This document shows, piece after piece, positions 38,520 through 64,000 of a DNA stretch of 64,000 bases; positions within the stretch are counted from its first letter, which is position 1, and the number at the start of each line of letters is the position of its first letter. The DNA is from Paragordius varius (lineage: Eukaryota; Animalia; Nematomorpha). Made by a program: the position numbers and the translations under genes. The DNA is taken from contig OZ176054.1 in NCBI GenBank assembly GCA_964247055.1, positions 1,054,001-1,118,000 of the forward strand, given 5' to 3'. The notes beneath the pieces are model-generated. The model saw only the letters and a list, made by a program, of their open reading frames with translations. It made no database searches and was not told where the DNA came from.

Positions 38520-39357
38520 GATTTTATTGAACTGTTTGAAAAAAAATTCTAAAAATTGATATGAAAAATTTAAGTTAGGTTTAAACACATATTTATAGAT
38601 TTTTGATTTTTTGATATTTTAAAAGAGGTATATAATATCATATATTATATATTGTTAGTTCGATTCATAATAACAAAAACTTTAAATTTCAAAGTTCAAC
38701 ACTTTATATTTTTTGGGGGTAGATTTATGGGAGCCATTTAAAATTTAAATTTGTTAAAAATATTTTTAGCATTTCTATAATTTAAATATGCTTTGTTGAG
38801 CCTTATAGGAGCGTGACACAAAATATTTAATAATGTAAAATTGTAAAAAATCCTCATCTTAAACTTTTTCGACGCCATTTTTTTCATTAAGTTTTATTAC
38901 ATAGGCAAAGAAATTATATTATGGTTAAAAATATGAATGATTAACTTTAAATTTTTGATATTTATCGATTTTATATCAACTGTTTGTGTCAACGTGTTTG
39001 CAAGCTATCTGAATTCGGACTCTAGAAGTTACAAAACTGTAAAATATTAAGTTTTTGTATCTAATACATAGGAATAAAGTTTGATAATTATATTTTACCA
39101 AAAAAGCTCTATCATTATTTTTTATTACCTTAAGCTCTGGATAATTGCTGTAATGATATATATTATCGGCAAAAATGGCTATGCTAAATATTTAAGTTTT
39201 TAAATTATTTTAGTCATTACAGATGATTGTCGAAATTGATTAAAAACTAAATAAATTATAAATGGTTATTAACATATTAGATCTTGCCATTTTATGCAAT
39301 CTAATGTGTCTTTTTATTCAATTTAGTATTGATATATTTATTATTATTATAAAAACA

Positions 39358-40824
39358 CTAGCGTAAATCTCATGCTGCTGCGCAGCCCAAGGAAGTCCTT
39401 TGGGGTTCTCGGGGGAGGGAGGGTATTTAAAAAAAGGGATCATAAAATGATCCATATATGTGGATTATTTTGACACATTATTTAAATCTCATAGGATTTG
39501 CAAAACGGTGCTACTAATATATTGTTTACTGGTGTAAGGCCCCAAATTGACGGCTTAGAGAAAAAAGCTCTATACTATAATTTTTAGCTTTTTATGGTTA
39601 ATATTTATGCCTTTATTAAACTCGTGTGGCTTCTTAAGTTTTTTGAAAATTAGCTCCAAAGCCACTCCATTTTTGCATGGCGTCTTAGTTTTAAACTGGT
39701 AGACCCCATAGGCCTATATGGAAAAAGTTCTAAGTTAAAAATTTTTCCATAGGGAAAATATTTGGAATCATCTTTGAGACCATCGTCTTATGGGTTACTC
39801 GAAAATATACCTCAACACTAAATAATCGTTAAATGATGGCGTATTTTTAGGGCATAAAAGCCCCAAATTAACGGCTAATAAAAAAAGGCCTCACCTTATT
39901 TTTACCTAGTTACGAGTAATATTTCGAACTTTAGATGAGCTCATATGGCATAGGCTTTCTTTAAATTAGTTCCGAAACAACGCAATTTCTATATAGAGGC
40001 GCAGTTTTTGGTGGGTAGCTTCTTACCCAATACAAAAAATGCGCTTGATTAAAATCTGCCTTTTCACAGAGAATAACTAGAATCATGATTGATTCCATAT
40101 GCTCTCATTAGTTTTCGGGAAAATTGCCTCAAAATTGAAATCATTCTACGTGGCGCATTTTTCAGGGCATGAAGGGCCTAATTAACGGCTAATTTTAAAA
40201 AACCGCACGATCTAAATTTTTGCCTTGTTACGGGTAATACTTTAAGCAGCTATTGAACCTATATGGCCTGATAGGTTTTCTGAAATTTAGCCCCAAAGGC
40301 ACGCTATTTCGATATGACGGATCGGTTTTTAGCGCTCCTTACAAAGCAGCTATCGTCAAAGAAACGCTTGACTAAAATTTTAGCCTATTAACAGGGAATA
40401 CCTAGAATCCTTATTGAATTTTTACGGTCTCATACGTTGGGCGAAAAATAAATTCAAAAAATTATTTTTGTGGACTTGTTTTGAAAAAAATGGCATTTTA
40501 CGGGGGGAGCGGATAAAAAGAGGGCCTAAATTAAAAAAGCGAGACGACTATGTTTGGCGCAATTAAAAATAAGTAAAATCCTATTTAAAATCGCATGGTC
40601 CAACGCGTTTTCCGAAACGATTTTTATGGACTTCTGTTTTCAAAAAAACCCGTTTTTTACACGGGGTGGGCCCGAACTGGGGGCCTAATTCAAAAAAAGG
40701 GCGAAGCTAATGTCGGGTTCATTAATGATTATATTTTTTAGACATTTGGATTCGAATGGGTCTACCGGTTTCCCGGAAACAGATCACAAAGCCACCACTT
40801 TCCATTTTTATAAATATATATAGA
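39358..40824 (-). mobile_element. Non-autonomous Helitron, reverse copy with ~3 internal units
   Basis: Reverse A|TCTATATATATTTATAAAAATGG at 40824; GCTGCGCAGCAGC hairpin plus CTAG|T at 39358. Confidence 0.88.
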
Positions 40825-41183
40825 TTATATAATAACGAATATTTATTTATGGGTAAATGCTTTTAATAGTAGTTTAAATAAATCAAGATTCGAGATGAAG
40901 CGAATATTTTAAATTTACGCCAAAAGCTTTTCCATAACCATATCAGCTAAAATACTAAAAGTTTGAGTATCTAACTGTGCTAATAAAATGTTGGTAAAAC
41001 AACGAAATTCATTAAACTACTTCTTGAGCAAGAACTATATATTAAAATATAATCTAAAAAATCAAAATGGTTGGTAAATAAAATATCATTTTTGCAATCC
41101 TAGTGCGGAAAATCACAGTTCTATAGAATTTTTGATCAAATTAAATTTTGTATAGTTTGTGTTAACTGGTAGACCACACAATA

Positions 41184-55884
<14,701 letters not shown>

Positions 55885-56754
55885 TCAATAAAGTAGAAAA
55901 TAAAAATGCACATATAATACAAACTAAGATGTATGTATCAAACTTTGTATAATATTAAAAAACTTGTTTGTCACAAAAAAATTATCCGAGAGGTGTAGTA
56001 TATAGTTTTTTGAATGGTTGCCATGATATGTAAAAATGTCCAATTTTTCATATATACGAAAGATATAATATAAACAAGTATACAAAAATTTAAAAGTAGC
56101 AAAAAAATTAAATAAAGGATAATAGAGGAAGATATTCAAATATATTCGTAATTATGTCACATGCATATATAATAAGGATACTGCTTCGGGGTAAAATATT
56201 AATATTATGTTTTAAATTTTATACAAAAAAATGATAAATTGTTATGTTAATTTTGTTTTGTAAATATTTGTTCAACATAGAGTTGAAGCAAGTTTCGACA
56301 TTTATTTATTTATAGGAAAGCAAAAGGGTTGATTATATAAATATTTACCTGGTTCTTGGGCTCATAATATTGCGTACATTAATATGGTAATGCTGACAAC
56401 TAAGAATTTAATTCGTTTTATAGAATCTTAATATGTTTTACCATATTATTTTTAAAAGTTTAACAACGTAGGGGTGGGAAAGTTTAAAATCAAACTTTTA
56501 TATATTATTTTTATATATTTTATAACTTCATTTTACTCAAAATTTTGTTGGTTTTAATTTTGGTTTCCGGTTGTATGAATTTTAAAAATTTGACTCTCTA
56601 TTTAAATAATTTAATTATATTTATAATAAATAATTAGCATAAGAATAGTGAATTTTTAAAAAGTCCTATTGTCTAGGCCAAGCATGTCCAACATAAATGA
56701 CTTTACAGACCGCATTAATTCAAAAAATCCGGCGAATTTCATTTGTAATATATT

Positions 56755-57040
56755 CCATTTACAGTTCGAATTCACCCTCAACAATTTAAATTCATCCTTG
56801 AACAATTAAAATTCACTCTTAAAATTAATTATTGTTTTGGAAACTAATTAAATTAATTATTAATGTGAAATATATCTGGCATGGTTTATTGTTTTTTCAG
56901 TATTATTTTAATTTAAAATAAGTATTTTCTAAAAAATATATTACAATATAGGTAATTTTTAATCTTAAAAAACATATAATTTATAGAATTGATGGAGGGT
57001 GAATTTGAATTGTTTTAGGGTGAATTTGAGTTGTAAATGG
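56755..57040. mobile_element. Foldback-type MITE, family A
   Basis: CCATTTACAGTTCGAATTCACCC...GGGTGAATTTGAGTTGTAAATGG|TA. The spacer is the reverse complement of that in 8116-8443. Confidence 0.75.
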
Positions 57041-58799
57041 TATATGTGGACATTAATAAAGATATATTAAATTTAAAACATAAGGCTACATTTTGCAACC
57101 ACAATATTACAATTTTTTCTAGTTTTATTCAGATATTAATTTAAGAAATATTGATATTGCTGAGATTTTATGGCATATTTTTGCAAATTAGACAAAATTT
57201 TCGCGCATGAACATACTTAGAAGACCGCAGGCACCTGTTTTACGCCAATAAAAGCATATATATTAAATAGTCCAACAAATACATTTCAAATGATTAATGT
57301 TCAAAACTATGGGTTAGCAACCCCAATAGGTATTAAAGTGTAAACGGAAATAGTAATTGGACCTTAATGATGAGTTATACATATATATATATATACTTTA
57401 AATCAAAACATAAGAAAATTTCCACAATATTTTACAAATATTAAATATGATATTTATTCAATCTTAATATAAGGAATCAAAACATTTAGATTATGTAATA
57501 TTATTATTAAAGATTTGATATATTTTATATCTTTTTTGAATTAAAATTGTACCTTTTTATTTGTTCTGTAAATGAAAAATGTATTGTTTAAATGTATTTA
57601 ATTTTATTACAAAGAATTAAAAGAATTTTTTGATCTTTGAAAGTAAAACCGGTAGATATTGAAGAATTATTTATTAAATTTCATATAGTCTGATCTTGAA
57701 TGTTTTTTTTAGTTTCCAGAACTGTCAAGCATATTCACGCATTATAATAACTTTAATTTTGTGACGGGTGTTTAATAACTATATCTTAATGAGCATCTAA
57801 TGTTGGTATCTTATAAGTAAATAGATTTATAATCAAACCAAATATTTTAATATCAGACGGTTTTAAATAAAAGATTTATTTTTGGAATTATCCAATTATA
57901 ATTTATATTTTAATAAAATGTAAACTTAAAAAAATACCTTTTATTTTAAATGCTGAGATAAAAGAGTATTAAATAAAAATTATAAAAATCAATCATAGTT
58001 TTTAATATTAATGAATAAATATAGACTAAAAAACATAAAAATGGATATAGGCCAAAAATATTTAATATATTTGAATTTTATCTTATAGGGGAAATTGCGA
58101 TGTTAGATGGGAATTCAATATAGTGAGAATGTTAGCTGCAAGTTTAATCATTTCAGCGTATTTTTTGAATTAATTCGCCTTTATTTCATCATTGTGGTTT
58201 GGAAAATTGTTGAAAATGAAAATATTTAATAATGGCGCCAATTTTACCGGGGACGCTCAAAAGCATGAAAGTTGTAAAAATTTGCCTATTTTAGCTGATT
58301 AAAAACCATATAATTGCACCATCGTAGAGAGATTATATTTTCTTGGTTAGGTCACCTTAAAAAATAGAGTAGTCGCGCATAAGGTCAATACTTTGAGTAA
58401 AATTCTGTTGCGATTGTTTTACCAGAAATTATAGCGTATTGCTATGAAGTATGTTGAAAAAGCGGTAAAACACTATTAGATATCTTATTTTAGACAACAT
58501 TTATGATGTTTAATTTGGTTATCTTTATATTATAATTGTGATTGCAAAAAATATGGTATTAAATCATAGTGCAAAAAGGTCCATTAAAGGGCTACAAAAA
58601 TTTAGAATTTTATATCTAATAAAAAATTATAATATAAGCAAAGCACATCTTAAATGATACGATATATATTATTATTTTTTCAGAATGAAGCATTTCCTTT
58701 ATTTAAAACATTTTGATTTAATTTTTCAATTTTTTTTATAAAATTAGCAAAAAATTATCAATATTTTTCTTAAATGATAGGCTCAAAAAACAAAAGCAC

Positions 58800-59463
58800 A
58801 TGGCGCATTGGGTGTCAAGGGCCTAATTAACTGCTAATTTTCGAAAACTGCACGACCTAAATTTTTCCTTCTTACGGGTAATATTTCAATCCATTTTGAA
58901 CTTATATGGCCTGATAAGTTTTTTTAAATTTAGCCCCGAAGGCACGCTATTTTAATATGACGGGGCAGTTAGAGGGTATCTACCTACCCAGCAGCCAATA
59001 TAAAAAACGCTTGTCTAAATATTTTGCTTTTTAACAGGGAATACCTGGAATTCTCATCACAATTTTACGTCATACCATGGGCGAAAAATAGATTGAAAAA
59101 ATTATTTTTGTAAAAAAATGGCATTTTAGGGGAGGAGCGGAGAGGGCCTAAATTAAAAAAGCGAGCCGACTATGTTCGACGCAATCAGAAAAAAGTAAAA
59201 AAAACTATATTTGAAATCGAATGATCCAACACGTTTTCCGGAAAATTGTCTCAAAAAATAAAAATTTTTGTGGACTTTGTTTTCAAAAAAACCCCTTTCA
59301 CACGGGGTGGGCCCGAACTAGGGGCGTAATTCAAAAAAGGGCAAAGCTATTGTCGGGGCATTTATTAATGATTTTATTTTTCGACATTTGGATTTGAATG
59401 GGTCTACCGGTTTCCGGAAACAGATCGCAAAGCCAGCATTTTCCATTTCTATAAATATATAGA
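58800..59463 (-). mobile_element. 5' part of the same Helitron, truncated after one internal unit
   Basis: Reverse TCTATATTTATAGAAATGGAAAATGCTGGC at 59463; homology to the other copies ends near 58800; no CTAG end. Confidence 0.8.
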
Positions 59464-59699
59464 CTACATCAGGATATTTTTTTTCATTTTGTACATAGGA
59501 TAAAAGCGATTTTGATCATGATATAATTAAGTAATATGTTGGAATATATTTTATTGGGTATTTATTTGTGGTAAAGAGAAATATCTTGGACATGTAATGT
59601 TGCAAGGAAATTATTAATTCATTCATATTTATTAGCTTCTCAGAAAAACTGATTGTCCTTTGGAAAAAAAAACCATTCGTCTAGCTATTTTACAACGTT

Positions 59700-60200
59700 T
59701 TCGAAGTTATTGAATCGCTAATTTATAGGTTATATTCCGGTGATGCGAATTTGTATTGCAGTAGGTTAGGGTTTTGTGGATGTGAGAATCTGATATAGCT
59801 ATTTTAAGATACCTTAACTGATTTTAATGTTTGAGACATTGTATGTTTTATATCTTCTAATTCCGGTCCGTTTGTGGTGGTTTATAGGCGGTTTTTTCGT
59901 TCTAAAGATAGGCGAAGCGATTTGCCTTGATGTTGATAGACTGATTTGAAATGAAAGCCACATTATTTCCACTTTCGTTTACAAAATAGCCACTTCTCAT
60001 ATCCCATTCTATTTGGATGATAAAATGATTTCTTTCGTCGCGTTAAAGCAGGATTTTACTAGTCATTTGCTGATTTTTAATTTGACGTTCATTCAATGGC
60101 GAATTCAACCTGTTTGTTTTTGCGATGGATGTGAGATGAATAAAATGGGGTCTGCATCAAATTAAATTTAGTTAATCCGTTAAACACTTGGTCTCTTCAA
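59700..60200 (-). pseudogene. Possible very old LINE reverse-transcriptase remnant
   Basis: Broken minus-strand fragments DADPILFISHP (~YADDT.LF.SH) and IHKTLTYCNT (~IHPYLTYCN), with many stops. Confidence 0.3.
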
Positions 60201-61700
60201 ATAAGTTGCTTATTAATTCTTTAGCCGTTAAGCTTATACATTGTAATTTCGATTATAATTCATTGGAATATTGATTGGTGTGTTCATGATTATGTGATGA
60301 GTTCTAATCTCTGATCTAATGCATAAAAATATTCATGACAAAATTTACTTTCTCATGAAATTTAATAATTATCAACTGTTTTTTATGTTTTAACCCTTAT
60401 ATCATTATATAATATATTCTTATTTTGTTTCGAGCTATATTTTCCAATTCAAAAACATTACTCAATTATGTTAATATAAAAAGTTCAATTAATATAACCC
60501 AAACAACTTATTTTTTTGTATTATGCGCTATAATTAAAAGTTTTAAATTATTATAAAAAAATAAATAAAATATGTGTTTTTTGAATGAAGAAAGTTGATT
60601 TGATCAAGTTAATGATAATAATGAACACAATAAGAAAAAAAAAGAATAGAATGATAAAATTTGGGGTACTTTTTGGACGTTTTTTGAGAGTCAAATTAAA
60701 ATGTAGAGTCGATAAAAGGCTTTTAAAACGGAAAAAATAGAGGGCCAGGAGCTTTATAAGTAAAAATAATACAAAAAATAAAAATAACTTTTGACTATTT
60801 TGGCTATAATTAGCTATAAAGTAAAAAAGCAGTTGAATTTGCTTTAAACATTATTAAACAAAACCGCGTTTGAATTAGATAAATTTTTATATGTAAAAAC
60901 TAAATTTATATAAACGAATTTTTGAATATTTAGTTAATTATTTTATTTTTGTATTTAATATTTTTTCCAAAATAATACAAACATGTTATCATACATTTTT
61001 TTAAATTTCAACCATATAATAAATATTTTATCTTTCTAACGTTATATATAATATTGACTTTACAGCACTATTTAACATGAGGCGTTTCATTGTATTTAAA
61101 TTAATATAAAAAAGTTTTTAAATACTTAATTTTATAATCATATCCGGATCTTTAATTGATTCCAACATCCTAGTTCACTAATATTAATACCTTAAAAAAT
61201 CAAAACAGTGAAACATAGCCAAAATACTCAAAAGAGCTGCTTTTTTCTGTTTTTAGCTTTTTTTCTTTGGACCTTAAACTCGAATTTACGGATTCTGAAA
61301 GATTCTGTTTGATAACAATACATATTTTTAGATTTAAAAGGTAAGTACTGATTCGAAAAAGTTTACAGAACGCATGGAAAGTTGATACAAATAAAGTTTT
61401 TTGATTTTTCAGATTTGGAAAACGTTTCAAAACAAGAAATATGAGCTTAAAAAAACTTTTGTACCTAATTTCAATTTTGACTATATTTAGATAAAGGATA
61501 CATTAGTTATTGATCCCATATTGTTATATAAAAAACAAATTATTTAAAGACAATAATCCAATATAAAAACTTTAATTAATCGTTTTAATCTAATAAATTT
61601 AGCAGGTGTAAATCATTATCGAAGCTATATCATTGCTTCTTTTTTTAGTTGATCGATTAATTATCATAAATATGGACATGTTGAATTTTTGTAGAATATT

Positions 61701-62672
61701 TTATAAAAAAAGTTCATTAAATGTTGAAGTTACTTTATGCGTTGCTACAATGTGACCAAGCCATTTTTTTGAAGCGGCTATTTCAAGATAACGATGCTAA
61801 ACATTTTGCAAAATAGAAATGAGTTTAATTGCATAATAAATTAGGTTTGATTAATAAATAGCATTGTAATAAATTTACATACCCCCAGAAGTCTATCGGC
61901 TGACGGACGTATTGATACATCCTCCAAACACAGAGATATGAAATCGTAGAATACCAGGCTGCTGGACGGAATTGATGGTTTGCCCTGGACAATCATTTTT
62001 TGCATGATCTAATAATTATAAAGATTTTAAATGAGTAAGAGTTTTTAATTTCAGATAAATTGTTAATAACTCGTGTAAATAAATTTGATTTTACAGGTGA
62101 GTTATTAACAATTCACAATATAGAGGTTCATATTTAACATAAATAAAACAAGAGAATATAAAAGTTTGAACTCAAATCGATAAAAAATACCTGGCTGGCA
62201 TGGAGATGCGCATAGGGTGGTTCCCCATTGACCATCTCGATACAAATGATGCCTAGAGCCCATATATCGCCTTTGTAGGTTATTATTCCAGAGAGATAGG
62301 TTTCCTCTGCCAAGTAGCAGGGTGTGCCCGCTATCTTGACACAAATATTGTTTGCATGAATGGATAGACCAAAATCAACTACAGTAATATATTTGTGTTT
62401 AATTCATAAACGTTAATTTATGTGATATGGACACAAAAATTTTTTGTTAATAATACATTATTATGGCTAAATTATAAATGCCGATATTTATTAATCAATT
62501 TTTGCTTTCGCTGTTCTATAAATTGAATATGTGAAAATATTTTGATAAATTTGTTTTTATGAAATATATTACTGAGTTTAACTGTGCCATTGGTATCAAT
62601 CATGATATTGTTGGATTTGATATCTCGATGAATAACATATCTGGAGTGAATGTACGATAATGCTTGCAAGAT
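61701..62672 (-). CDS. Divergent STE20/PAK-like Ser/Thr kinase, last four exons (N-lobe not located)
   Basis: Spliced: [33 protein letters not shown]|[36 protein letters not shown]..|..[20 protein letters not shown]|HRYLEIA..* (stop 61701). The ORF track shows the wrong frame for the second exon. Confidence 0.85.
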
Positions 62673-63421
62673 CTATAAACAATAGCGGCATTGTTAAAAA
62701 GAATATGTAAGAAATTGTAATAATTTGCGTTGACATTTAAATATTACTATAATGTCTGTAGAGCAGCACAACACAGTAACGGGAAAAAATTCATAATTAA
62801 ATAAATATATTATGATAGAAAGATGCATTTTTTCATGGTGCTTTTTTGGGCTGTATATAAGGACTATATCAATTTTATGTCATATAGCAGGCTAGTAAAA
62901 TTTATAAGTTTTGTTTCAAACGGATTAAAAATTATTATAAACTATATTTACAAGAAAAATAATATCTAAATAAAATTTAAATTTTGTAGTCTGCAAAACT
63001 CTCATAAATTGGCGGGTATAATGTATTAGTAAAATTAACATATAAGAATATTCGCCATAATTTTAATGACTAGTCTATAACACTAAAAATATATATTGAA
63101 AAAAAGCATGGGCCAAAAAATTAAAATTTATTTAAATATATGGTAGTTTGGAGCAGGATGGAAACGGTAGAATATAGTTAAATCTTGGCATCAAAGATTA
63201 AATATATTTTCCATTTTAATTTTTAAGTGAACAAATCTAAGCCAAATTTAAAGTGATAGTATTTTTTACTGCATCAAATTGGTAGAAGAGGTTTTGAACG
63301 CGGCCGTTTTTCTGAATCAAAAGCGGTACGAAGCCATGTGTTGGATACATTTGATCTAGATATTTGAAATTCTATCATCAAGAATCTAAGATTGCTTTGG
63401 GATAATAACTAATAGAGAAGC

Positions 63422-63655
63422 CAGTGGCGTAGCTAGAAGGGGGAAAGAGTGATGCACCACATAGTTAAAGGGGTACCGGATTTTAAATTTTTTAATTTAA
63501 TTTCAAAAAATAAGCATTTAAATTATTATTTTAAATAATATTTAAAAAAATTATCTAAATATGACAGGTCTTGACCTTCATGTTTAAATTTAATTTTTCT
63601 TTTATAATGCACGGTGTTGAGGGGGGTGGGCGCCATAAGTGCAAGCCACGCCTCT
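63422..63655. mobile_element. hAT-like MITE
   Basis: Left CAGTGGCGTAGCTAG, right CAAGCCACGCCTCT (imperfect inverted match); no clear TSD. Confidence 0.45.
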
Positions 63656-64000
63656 AAAGCAAAAGTTTAACAAAAGATTTTGCTGAAAGCCTTTAGCATG
63701 AAATTTCACATAGTATGGGCCAATTTAGTTTTTTATATATAGTAATTCCAATATAGAAAAAGTTTTATAAAATGACACATATACCCAAAAAAACCCATGA
63801 TATTCCGGATTTATTCTTCTTCGTTCATCAATATAAGAATGCAACATGCATTTTAACTCTTTTATAGAAAAACCGAAATTGGGAAGAATCATCCGTAAAG
63901 ACCCAAACAATAAAGCAATAAAATCTGGATGCTGGTGATACAAAACTAAACTTAACCTGTTGGCAGATTAAGGCTAGTACAGGTTCGCAAAGCTTCCGAC

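Noticed and set aside
56338-56352. ATATTTACCTGG resembling the U1 snRNA 5' end
   Set aside because: No U1 stem-loops or Sm site follow. It is better explained as the complement of a minus-strand CAG|GTAAAT donor.
63270-63990. HTH-like fragment (LRFLMIEFQISRSNVSNTW) and ORF 63725-63943 as transposase or kinase exons
   Set aside because: Too short and ambiguous: there are no kinase N-lobe motifs and no DDE residues to anchor a call.

Overview
Very AT-rich (roughly a quarter G+C by eye), transposon-rich eukaryotic DNA, most likely from an animal. The species cannot be identified from the sequence. I can reconstruct four spliced protein genes by hand, all on the minus strand. (1) A strongly divergent, insertion-rich gene whose motifs match APC/C subunit 1 (ANAPC1) in order; it starts near 12.26 kb and its 3' end is unresolved at the left edge. 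(2) A complete SLC37/GlpT-type MFS sugar-phosphate transporter (27664-22109). (3) A complete cGMP-dependent protein kinase (PKG/foraging-like, 55884-41184). (4) The C-lobe exons of a divergent STE20/PAK-like kinase (62672-61701). Introns and intergenic DNA contain non-autonomous DNA transposons: four copies of one Helitron, three hAT types (two nested), TTAA-flanked piggyBac-like MITEs, Tc1/mariner MITEs, a decayed Mos1-like mariner, and TA|CCATTT-ended foldback elements with 21-bp subterminal repeats. The most notable observations are obligatory 23-, 24- and 33-nt spliceosomal introns next to multi-kb introns, a 678-nt frame-compatible ORF inside the PKG intron between the cGMP-binding and kinase domains, and the degenerate APC1. 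I found no CRISPR array, rRNA or tRNA. Protein family calls come from remembered motifs, not database searches.
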